Source: Cyanidioschyzon merolae (lineage: Eukaryota). From it: a DNA stretch of 64,000 nt. The number at the start of each line of letters is the position of its first letter. Position 1 is the first letter of the stretch. This document shows, piece by piece, positions 10,620 through 19,800 of this stretch. The notes beneath the pieces were generated by a model, which was given only the letters and a program-made list of their open reading frames with translations, was not told the DNA's origin and ran no database searches. The position numbers and the translations under genes were made by a program. The stretch lies in NCBI GenBank assembly GCA_000091205.1, contig AP006502.2. One strand, given 5' to 3'.

Positions 10620-10730
10620 CACCCCTGGAAGCAAACGCCTTTCGAAAGTCGAACAACAGCGGTGTACAGTAGTGGCGGCAAACGCGCCCTAGACAAGAAG
10701 TCTCCAACCGAGATGCAGACGCCTCCCAGG
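10620..10730 (-). ncRNA. Candidate omega-RNA-like scaffold: conserved 3' tail of copy B
   Basis: Aligns base-for-base with 7500-7600, 'ggtggccggtc.aaa...ggaggcgtctgca...gttggagac...gtctagggcg...gccactactgtacac'. Confidence 0.3.
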
Positions 10731-11635
10731 TTTTTTTCGACCGGCCACCCACTACTGCTTCCAATCTTGTCTCATATAGCTCGACTTTGAGAGGTTGTCC
10801 AACAAAGTCCTCTCTTGTCCACTCTGGAGGTCTCGTCTCCAGCACCGCATATTTCCTTATATTGATTGCGGCGTTATAGTCACGATTCACAAACTCCATA
10901 CGTTTCGTGCCATTGATTGTAATTAATAATGCGAGTAGCCCTCGCACTTTCTTCCTTCTTTGCATTTGCTCTTCCGTCAGCGGTCCGTATTTTGCTATAT
11001 CCTCAGGGCTCCTCTGGCACTTTTCCATCTCCACTCTCTGAAGTGTACAACCCAGCTCATAGTGTATATACGATGTTCGGAACTCATCTACAGGTATGGT
11101 AACAAAACGCCTTGCGCACTCTTTGTATGTTCTTGTCGTTGGAGCTGGCGTAGCTCCTTTTTGGGTCTTCCAGCGCACCGCCCCATACGCTACTACGAGC
11201 CTTTGATTTCATTCTCCTTCAGGGCACTCAACCCATTGAAAAAGTTGGCAAACGCCCGCTACCTCCCACCGTATAGATTCATACGCAAACGAGCCCACCG
11301 GGGCTTGGTATACTCCTCCCATAGCGCCTCCCAGTGAGCAACACGAACTTCTATGAATTTCCGAAAAGCTTTAAAGTCCGCTCCTCGGCTCGTCACCTCG
11401 CTCAAAGCTTCCAGGTGCTCTTTCATTCCTGAGTTCCAAGTCTCGATTTTCTTCCTCGCATTCATAATACCGGATTCTCGATAGTATCTTGCTCTCGAGA
11501 GCCTCAAAAGACGCATGTCTTTCTGACGTAAGTTACCATCAGTCCCATCTTCCGCACACTTTGGTACAGCGATGGTTATGATGTTCGTATTCCCAGGGTC
11601 CGCGCCAACGACAAAGTCGTTATCCTGCACCTCCT

Positions 11636-11828
11636 GCATCGCAAGATCCGCACCCTTCTCATCTACATCCTTCGCCGAGCCGTCTACAAGGTTGTACTTT
11701 TCCACTTCCTGCGTCGCAGGATCCGCATCCTTATCATCTACATCCTTCGCCGAGCCGTCTACAAGGTCGTCATCCTCCACTTCCTTCGTCGCAGGATCCG
11801 CATCCTTCTCATCTATATTCTTCGCCAC
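11636..11828 (-). repeat. 75-nt tandem repeat (about 2.5 units) encoding an acidic peptide repeat at the N-terminus of copy B
   Basis: The unit 'gcaggatccgcatcctt.tcatctacatccttcgccgagccgtctacaaggt.gt.......ccacttcct.cgtc' repeats. The peptide reads 'DEKDADPATKEVEDDDLVDGSAKDV', 'DDKDADPATQEVEKYNLVDGSAKDV', 'DEKGADLAMQEVQDNDFVVGADPG'. Confidence 0.7.
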
Positions 11829-11839
11829 GGGCGAAGCCG

Positions 11840-12880
11840 AGGACGGACCAGGAGGCGAGCCCGACGGCGCTGGAGGCGCAGAAGAACGCGTTTGCCGTTG
11901 GCGTGGACTCTGCGAACACGAACATCGTTACCATTGCAGCACCCAAGCGTGAGGAAGATGGCTCTGTCGGCAACTTATGTCAGAAAGACATAAGACTGTT
12001 GAAGCTCTCATGAGCGAGATATTACCGAGAATCCGGTATAATGAATGCGACGAAGAAAAGTGAGACATCGAATTCAGGGGTTAAGTGAATTTGGAAGCGA
12101 TCAGCCGGGTGACGAGCCGCGGAGCCGATATTTAAGCGTTTCCAGAGGCTATGAGCACTCACGCATCTGAAGTCGAGAGCCTTTGGAAAGAATGCACAAA
12201 GTTCAGGTGGGCTCGTCTGCGTATGAACCTGTACTGTAGGAAGCAGCGAGCATACGCCAGCTTTTTCATTCAATTGAGCGCCCTCAAGGAGGACAGGAGC
12301 CAAAGGCTCGTAGTAGCATACGGGGCAGGTCGATGGATCACCCAAAAAGGGTGTACACCAGCCTCCAACGACAAGAACGTACAAGGAGTGCGCACACCGT
12401 TATGTCAAAACACCTTTAGATGAGTTTCGAACATCTTCTACACACCACGAGCTGTGTTGTACACTTCAGAGGGTCGCGATGGAGAAAAGCCAGCGGCTCG
12501 CTGACGGAAATGCAAATGGCAAGGAGGGCGAAACTTCGAGGACTACTCGCTTTGGTTAATAAAACTAATGATAGGAAGAAACGAATAGAGTTCCTGGACT
12601 GAGACTTTAACGCCGCCATCAGTATAAGGAAATGTGCAGTACTGGAAAGAAGACCCCCGGAGTTGGCGAGAGCCAACTTTGCGAGGCAACCTCCCAAAAT
12701 GGAGTGATACGAGAAGAAGTTGAAACCAGTAGTAGGTGGCCAGTTGCGGAACGCCGGCACAGGCGTCTGCACATCATTGGGTAGACAATCGGTCTACGAC
12801 GGACGGTGTGAGAAACGCCACTCCTGTACACTGGCTTTCCAGCGTTTCTCTTTTGCAAGGCGTTTGGTGGTGTTTCCAGA
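11840..12880 (+). mobile_element. TnpB/Fanzor-like element copy C, inverted and immediately head-to-head with copy B
   Basis: Frame-corrected translation gives 'AFAVGVDSANTNIVTIAAPKREEDGSVGNLCQKDIRLLKLS*ARYYRESGIMNATKK...'. ORF 12151..12423 reads 'WARLRMNLY...SALKEDRSQRLVVAYGAGRWITQKG', then frameshifts. ORF 12420..12602 is followed by '*DFNAAISIRKCAVLERRPPELARANFARQ'. Confidence 0.6.
12715..12880 (+). ncRNA. Candidate omega-RNA-like scaffold: conserved 3' tail of copy C
   Basis: 'ggtggcc...ggcgtctgcac...ccactcctgtacactgg...aaggcgtttg...ttccagagg' matches the reverse complement of the A and B tails. Confidence 0.25.
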
Positions 12881-13923
12881 GGCGAATTGTTTATCAAAAA
12901 CGTCTTCTATCGATCTTCGAAACCAACGTGCTGCTTCCTCTGTGCGGCACGGGGCGTACGCTATGCGCTTTTCTGCTGATTGACAGCGGAAGCGACGAGT
13001 CCGGTTACTGCCTTGAAGACTTAGACGCTTTGGAGAGACCATCACGTGGATTGTTTCAGTTTTCTGACCTCCTCCTAACCACCACGCTCGGCTCTCTGTT
13101 GCAATGGCACGCGCAGCAGCTCTCATGGCAGCCAAAGCTGAACCCGGGCATCGAGAGAGTGGAAAGCTGCATCAAAGGTGGCGCAAAGCCAAGGAAGCCG
13201 GTCATCTAAGCAAGCTTGCATCGCCTGCAGAGCTGCGAGCACTCGTCCAAGCGAAACTGACACCCGAGGAGCAAGAGCGTTTCGGGATGCAGTGTGCAGG
13301 GCTGGCCGCCAAGGCACTTGAGGTACTCGACAAGTCGCTTACATCTTTAGAGCAAGACATAGAGAGCGAGTCGTGTGACTGGGAAATAGAATCGGACGCT
13401 GCTATGGACCGTGTTGCGAGACGATTCCTTGCCGATCTCGAACAGCTAAAGCAGACTGGCAGCACGCGTCGACTCACCCAACTCAGTATTTGGCGTCGCA
13501 TCAGTCGCTATGTCTTACTGGCGGAAAGGCGAGCATGAACTGCAGGCTGAAGGCAGTCCTTTTGTGAGGCAAGTCGCGAAGATCGCGGACCAGGCATCCA
13601 AGACTCCGGAATACCGCCAGGTCGTTGCCTGCGGGCATCTGGAAGAGCTCGCAGATGCGGCAACTGCAGATGGTGTATTCGGTTCGCAGTCGCGGTCGAT
13701 GTCACGTATCTTACGTCGCCCAGAAAGTCGGTTTCGACTCTTGCTCACGAAACTAGAGCTTGGTGAGGAGCTCTGCACACGCGACGAGCGGCGTTTGATG
13801 CTGGCATTGGATACCTCTGATGCGAGACTTGAACCCGAACGCATGCGCTCGAAGAAGAGGGCACCTGGTGGAGCGCAGGATGGCGCCTCTGCAAAGCGCG
13901 ACCACGGGAGGTCTGCATCCGTT

Positions 13924-13948
13924 TCGTCGTCGTCGTCGTCGTCGTCGT
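13924..13948. repeat. (TCG)8 microsatellite
   Basis: Direct reading. Confidence 0.9.
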
Positions 13949-15067
13949 TAGAGCCAGAGCACGAGGACGACGTGCACCCAGCGGCCAAGAACGCGTCTTC
14001 CGCGAGAAAGAAAAGACGACATCATCGGCGACGATCATCCAACAAAAACGAAACCCTGGAGAATCCTCAGTAAGCTAGCATTTGAGCGAGATTGCTGCCG
14101 AATCATCGCCGTGCCCTGGCCCTGTGGATATCGCATGATGCATCGTTTACAGCGTTTCACCCATGATACCGGGTGGTGATTATCGCCGCCGGAATACCTC
14201 AGGAATAGATCGCGGATCGTTGGAGGCTACGCTCGCGTCCATCGCGTGTACCATGTGCTGCAAAAGTGGTGCTTGTCTGCAGCTCCACAAAGAGCACATG
14301 ATCGCGTGCTGTGCTGCGAGCACCACGGCGCCGGCCTCTGTCGGCAAACGCGCTCAAAGGCGTACTCGCGACAAGCATGAATTCAGCAGGAATATTGGCG
14401 CTGGTTGAGGCACTACGACTGACTATCGAGAGACCAGTCTCAGCAACCGCAGCATGCGTCGATCACTGGGGCGCAGCTTAAACTCCAGCAGCGATGCGGC
14501 CGTGTCAGAGCCAGACCTGCAGACTAGTGGACAGAGCGCAGCATGCCTCATTCTGGATTTCGCAGAAGTACCCGCCAGAGACGCTTTTCAGGGTAGCCAG
14601 TGGCGGATCGCGTCTATTTCGCTACCGGGAATTCGGACGGATTCCGCGTCCAGTCGACCGGGGACGGTTCACGCTTTCCACTCGGACGTCAACGCGTTTC
14701 ACTTTGGCGATGAAGGTGCTGCATTCATCCACCGACCAGTCTGCATGACGATTCGACGAACATGGGGCGGAACCTTTGATGCATACCTCTGGAGCATGAT
14801 TCGCAGAGGTGTACTTTTTTGCAGGTCGTCGAGGTGGAGCGTGTGGCGAGAGCCACATATTTGAGCGACCTCGCACCGGGCGTGATCCAAGACACCATTC
14901 GGCTGATGCTCAAGCGTGCCTCGCGTACCCGACATGTCGTTGCTCACCTTCGTGATGCTGGTGTGCTTCTGTGGGTAGCGCACTTGCGCCCGTTTGCGAA
15001 GCGTAGCGGACCTTGAGGACAAGTGGCACGCTCCAGCAGCCATGCGCTTGCATAGGTCATGCATTCA

Positions 15068-18000
15068 TCATGTGATGCTTTCCAAAGCAGCACCTAGGGC
15101 GTGGTCATCAAACACGTCGTGGAAATCCCAGAACTGTACATTCCAGCGGGGGTGGTAGCGTCGACACCAGCGCTCAAACCCCTGGATATATGCGGGTCGC
15201 AGGTGCGCATCCAAAGAGTTCCGGAACGCCACCATGGACTCCTCGATGATCGAGGGATCCATGAGAATGCTCCCCGACAACGGATCCAGCATCACCTTGA
15301 CCGGAACATGCTCATAACCCCAGAAAGGCAGTTTCGTCACGATATCGCCGACCGCTGCCCATCGGAATGAAAACGGCACATGTCGCTGGAACGCTGCGGC
15401 GAAAGCGCGATTCCCGACTCGAGGCGACCCAAAAGTCACACTCATCACCAGATCCGATGACAGACGCAACGACTGTGAATTCTCAAAACACGTCATATCG
15501 AGGGCAGCGATGGTTGCCAGGGCCCCGCCGAGAGAGTGACCGCAAAAGATCACCGGTTTGTGGTTGCAAGATGCACTATCCAAGGAGTTCATCGCACTAC
15601 ACGGTTGCGCTTCGCTCGCATCTGCTGCTGCTGCTGCTGCTGCTGTAGCAGTTTCGCTTCGACACCGCGCTGCGGTCTCTCTACCCACTAAGCTCAGCTG
15701 CTGTTGCTGCTGCCCGTGTTCACAACCGCCATGAATATCTGCACTGGACACCTTGGGAAAGCGGTTCGATGGTTGCACGCGCCTATCCAGGCTGGTAGCG
15801 ACACCACAAGTGGCATCGCCGCAGGTGCTGCTCAAGGGCGCGCAAGCCGCATCCACTGCGGTTGGTGCAGTGCTCGAGGGCTTCGCAACAAGCGGTTTCA
15901 GCGTCTCCATTAACTCTTCACGCACGGATAAATAGGCGTGCAAAAATCCACCGTGCACCATTGAAGGCAATCGTCGCCCTATGAGATACGAAAAATCGTC
16001 ACCAGCCTGAGCGCGAAAATCACCAAAGCGCAGGGAACGGATCCCGCGTACGCTCAGCATATACTGCCACCATCGTCGATGTGCAAAACGGCCTCCAGGA
16101 TCTAAACCGAGTTCCTGTGACAGGGCATCATCAAGACCGCGCTCTATATCCGAATCGTCCTTGGCAAAGGCCTCCACTGATGCCTGGTGCTTCCTAGTCG
16201 AATCTATTTCGCGCTTGCTGTGTGTTGCGGGCGGTATTTGCGAACAAGTCGCAGCCGAGGTGCCGCTACGCCCGGCAGCCAAGGCAGTGGTGCTTACAGC
16301 ATTCGTCGTACGAGGCATTCGAGTTGTACCGTCGACAGTCGCTTTCGCCGGTGACTCCCGCAACGACCCGCGTTGACCGTGTTTGCTGCAGGCGCTCAAG
16401 CGCCACGTATCCTGTATTTGCGGACATTCACGTGCATGCAGGTGCTCCTCGAGAGGAACCCGTCGGACATTCATATCTGTGCGTAAATTTCTGGTGCTTT
16501 TGGTACCGCGAAAGCTCACCACAATCCTATCCGCCAAGTCAATGACGAGCACATGTACATCTGTAACGGCGCTGGAGATATGCCGCACGACTCGTGCTTG
16601 CAGGGGGTCCATTTCGCCCACACCATAATGATTGAACATCTCTGCATACATATGCGGGTCATGCCACGGTCGATAGGACAGGTACGCCATGTTGAAGATC
16701 AAAACATGCGTCTCGAGGACAAGTGAGCGCGAGAGCCAGCTGTCTCCATTTCGCAGTGCTTCCTGCTCAGTCTGGTAGTAGAGGTTTGCTTTGCGCAGCT
16801 CTCGCTCTGCATCCAGTGCGTCCGCTGGCCACGGTGCCGCCTGGCTGGCGCTGTGCGCGGACAACTCCCACTCGGAGGAAACGCTCCTTTGTGGGGCTCG
16901 CTTTTCTTGATATGCAGCTGGGTCCGGAGCCAGCGCAACGATCCAGGGCAGCCAAACACCCAGCACTGTCGGAGGTAAATGCACATAGAGCAGGAGCACC
17001 GACCATGTAAAGAGCATCGCGAAGGCACCACCATTGAATCGTGCAATACCCAGCAACCGCAACGGTACGCCATCGAGGGACGCGTTCGCGCTGGGTAATG
17101 GTACCAGGCCCACTGCGATGGTATCGTTTGCAATCAGGAATATATAGGATATCGCAGTAAAGACACGGTAGAAACGAGCACCCATTTGTTTGTGATGACA
17201 ACAGGTATACGGCAGCTGCTGGAGCACTCGGAAGGTGCGGTAGAGCTCCATGGCAATCCAACCATCGAGGAAAATGCGCATGGTAACCACGAGCGCAAAC
17301 GTAAGCGAGTAGGCCACTTGTTGTTGGTGTCCACGCATAGCAAACTGAACCAACATGCCCGGCCAGGTGAGTCCTAACGCCGTTCGAGACCAGCCGCAAA
17401 TGGCTGTCTCCACGGCGGCGATGATCAAACAGAGACCAAATACCACGCGGTTTCGTTCTAGAAACGTGTGGCGATCCTTAATATCACGATAAAGTCGTAG
17501 AATAGCCATGGCGTGTCCATAAAAACCAAATATCCAGAACCATTGCCAGACCAGGTCGGAGACATAGAGAATGGCAATCGTGGTGCCGCTCGCTTCCGAT
17601 ATCGTTCGTGCAATATTGCCTATAATATTCATCGTAAAGAATATAAATAGACCTTGTAGGAAGCAGCTGCGCATTTCGAAGGTGCAACGGATCCATCCAT
17701 ACCGATAGAGACGCAAAAAGTAGACGATCGTGAAAGTAAGCTGGAGCACGCAAAAGCAGTACACGACGACGCGGTCAACGAGGTTGAGTGCCGGGAGTGC
17801 CGCTTCGAAACGGCGTGCAAACAGACTCATTGCTAGCGTGTAGGTGACGGAGAGCACGATTGCACTGCATAAGTTGAGAATTTGCCAAGTTACCTGCTTC
17901 GAGGATAGCGTCTCAAGGAGGAACTTGGCTTCCTTTGGATCGCTTCGAATCTGTGGTGGAGCAAAGAAACTCGACAAACGACTGCGGTGACGTGCACTGC

Positions 18001-18133
18001 TTCGACGTGTGCGCGTGCCTCGTTCCTGTCCATTGATGAGTTCGCTGCTGCCTCTTAGCGTGCTGTCTCCAAATGTCTCCGACTCGAACGACGAGACGGA
18101 GGTACCACGAGCAGCCATGAGGGCAGCGTGCAA
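15068..18133 (-). CDS. Polytopic membrane domain (about 7-8 predicted TM helices) fused to a class-3 (fungal-type) lipase domain. Architecture resembles sn-1 diacylglycerol lipase but with more TM segments.
   Basis: N-terminal 400 aa contain repeated hydrophobic stretches ('LNLCSAIVLSVTYTLAMSLF', 'VVVYCFCVLQLTFTIVYFL', 'LFIFFTMNIIGNI', 'LVWQWFWIFGFYGHAMAIL', 'VVFGLCLIIAAVETAI', 'YSLTFALVVTMRIFLDGWI', 'AISYIFLIANDTIAVGLV', 'AFAMLFTWSVLLLYVHL'). The lipase_3 core has 'VVSFRGTKSTRNLRTD' and the nucleophile elbow 'VIFCGHSLGGALATIAAL'. Confidence 0.75.
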   Translation of the reverse strand: MHAALMAARGTSVSSFESETFGDSTLRGSSELINGQERGTRTRRSSARHRSRLSSFFAPPQIRSDPKEAKFLLETLSSKQVTWQILNLCSAIVLSVTYTLAMSLFARRFEAALPALNLVDRVVVYCFCVLQLTFTIVYFLRLYRYGWIRCTFEMRSCFLQGLFIFFTMNIIGNIARTISEASGTTIAILYVSDLVWQWFWIFGFYGHAMAILRLYRDIKDRHTFLERNRVVFGLCLIIAAVETAICGWSRTALGLTWPGMLVQFAMRGHQQQVAYSLTFALVVTMRIFLDGWIAMELYRTFRVLQQLPYTCCHHKQMGARFYRVFTAISYIFLIANDTIAVGLVPLPSANASLDGVPLRLLGIARFNGGAFAMLFTWSVLLLYVHLPPTVLGVWLPWIVALAPDPAAYQEKRAPQRSVSSEWELSAHSASQAAPWPADALDAERELRKANLYYQTEQEALRNGDSWLSRSLVLETHVLIFNMAYLSYRPWHDPHMYAEMFNHYGVGEMDPLQARVVRHISSAVTDVHVLVIDLADRIVVSFRGTKSTRNLRTDMNVRRVPLEEHLHARECPQIQDTWRLSACSKHGQRGSLRESPAKATVDGTTRMPRTTNAVSTTALAAGRSGTSAATCSQIPPATHSKREIDSTRKHQASVEAFAKDDSDIERGLDDALSQELGLDPGGRFAHRRWWQYMLSVRGIRSLRFGDFRAQAGDDFSYLIGRRLPSMVHGGFLHAYLSVREELMETLKPLVAKPSSTAPTAVDAACAPLSSTCGDATCGVATSLDRRVQPSNRFPKVSSADIHGGCEHGQQQQQLSLVGRETAARCRSETATAAAAAAADASEAQPCSAMNSLDSASCNHKPVIFCGHSLGGALATIAALDMTCFENSQSLRLSSDLVMSVTFGSPRVGNRAFAAAFQRHVPFSFRWAAVGDIVTKLPFWGYEHVPVKVMLDPLSGSILMDPSIIEESMVAFRNSLDAHLRPAYIQGFERWCRRYHPRWNVQFWDFHDVFDDHALGAALESIT
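15621..15644. repeat. (CTG)8 microsatellite inside the lipase ORF (poly-Gln on the minus strand)
   Basis: Direct reading. It encodes 'QQQQQQ' within 'CEHGQQQQQLSLVG'. Confidence 0.9.
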
Positions 18134-18499
18134 GCAGAATTAGAGTTGCATATTGTTCGGTACCCGTGCACTGCAGTGCAGAGTATACGGACCACGAAGC
18201 ATGAATATGGCAAAGAAGGTTCGTTTTTATGTATGGAGCGGTGCGTATGCGCATCCGCTCACACACGTTCACAAGCCCCAAGTCGGCTAGCTAAGGATTC
18301 CTGCACTGCACTGCACTGCCGTTCTTGGTCGTTCGAATTCGCAATCCAGAAACGCATCCCATGCGGACGCTCGAGACGCTCTCTGCTCACCAGCGCAACT
18401 CCATGAGGCTCCATTCCTGCTATGCGTATTCGTATGCTATGTTGATGTGTATAGCAGAAGGTCGAGATGTAGAAGCAATGTGCTGTATAGATCGTAGAC

Positions 18500-19800
18500 G
18501 AATAGAATGTTAGATATATATTCTTTACTGAACAGTGCAAGGAGGACTGCATTCCTCGTTCAGGTACGGTTCACCACAGTATTCAGATGGACGAGGAAAA
18601 CTGAAATAAAGAAGCAAGTACATGCGATCCACACCGAAACCAGATATACTCATAGCGTGCTTGCGTTCACTGGTAGAAAAACGACCCGTTGATTACTTTA
18701 GGGAAGGGGAAAGCGACGATAATACCCATTACCTCTATCTATTTTTCTCGCCAGCTAATTCGTGTGATCCTGAATGCACTGGCATACAGTCGCGATAAAG
18801 TCCTGGTTCATGCACAGCCGTCTTGTATCGAATTCGCAACGACAGCGTTCCCGGAACGTCCCGATCGGTACGAAGCACAGAGACGTAGCTCTGTCTTTTT
18901 CAGACGATGCGACTTTCTTTGGCCGAAATGGTCGGGGCGTACATGGGTAGTCGCGGAGATGGAGCCAGCTGTATGTATGATCGAACTTGATGAGAGCGAG
19001 GACATCATCAACTGTTTCAGCTGCAGTGGATTCATTTGGCGGCCGCAGTTTCGCTCAGAGAGAAGGCTCGTCGAACAGCACACACTGTACCGAATCATTG
19101 AAGAAATTTCCCCTGACGTCTGACGACGTCGTCCGGTTGTACGGCTTGGTATTTCACCATTCCCCTTGCGTTCGAATGTTTGCTGATTCGATCGGGGAAT
19201 AGAGCTGCTTTTCATTCCTCGATATAATCCGTGGTTGAGCCCCATAGAAAGTGTTTTTTCTATTATGAGACGTTTTTAATGCTCAACGGGGCGAGTCGCT
19301 GCAGCGTTCAGCACACATTGGTACCTGGCCACATTGTGTCCTTCGTCTGCAAGCCCTTCTCGCTCCGGTTAGCTCCTCATCTAACGGCATAAAGAAGCGC
19401 GCCATTTGAAGAAATAAGAAATCCAAGGGATGAGCTGCGGTGTACACTTCAGAACATCGAGATAGAGAGAAGGCAGCGGAGCGCATCGCGCGATAGAAAA
19501 GTACGGAGAGCTGACAGAGCAGTCAATGGTACTGAGTACTCGTGTTCTGGCAATCCTTGCATGGGTGAGTTCAACAAGCGGCATTATATGCGAGGAGTTC
19601 GTGAAACGAGACTCCAACGTCACCTTCAGTATCCGACGATATATAGTGCTGAAGAAGAGAACCGAGGAGCTGACGCGATACAGGTTTATGGGGCAGTCTC
19701 TCAGACTTGAGGTGTGCAGGAGGAAGCTGACGTCAATAGGTGGTGGTCGGTCGAAAAAGGCTTCACCTCTGCGAAAATTGCTTCGCCCATAACTTGCGTT
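18500..19800 (+). mobile_element. Decayed, diverged TnpB/Fanzor-like element (copy E), the same subfamily as copy D, in an AT-rich island
   Basis: 'SLLNSARRTAFLVQV' (18507..18692) and 'RTSSTVSAAVDSFGGRSFAQRE' (18987..19202) parallel copy D. The 3' fragment 19526..19792 'EFVKRDSNVTFSIRRYIVLKKRTEELTRYRFMGQSLRLEV' is a degenerate RuvC-III tail. Nucleotide similarity 19320-19450 against 6840-6960. Confidence 0.45.

Larger units (their letters stand above)
10591..11828 (-). pseudogene. TnpB/Fanzor-like ORF split by a frameshift and stops between 11179 and 11258 (ORFs 11259..11828 and 10591..11178)
   Basis: In the gap 11179..11258 the sequence reads '...NLYGGR*RAFANFFNGLSALKENEIKGS**', against copy A's 'RERAFADFFNQLSALKENQSQRL', showing indels. 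The first ORF starts at GTG. Confidence 0.6.
10620..11835 (-). mobile_element. TnpB/Fanzor-like element copy B, near full length for the RuvC half
   Basis: RuvC-I 'FVVGADPGNTNIITIAV', 'IDEFRTSYIHYELGC', RuvC-III 'EFVNRDYNAAINI'. The 3' tail is about 85% identical to copy A. Confidence 0.65.

Noticed and set aside
9918-10634. N-terminal 240 codons of the annotated SET-domain ORF
   Set aside because: The region overlaps the conserved 3' tail of TnpB-like copy B and has no similarity to SET-family N-termini. The homologous part starts at the Met at 9915-9917.
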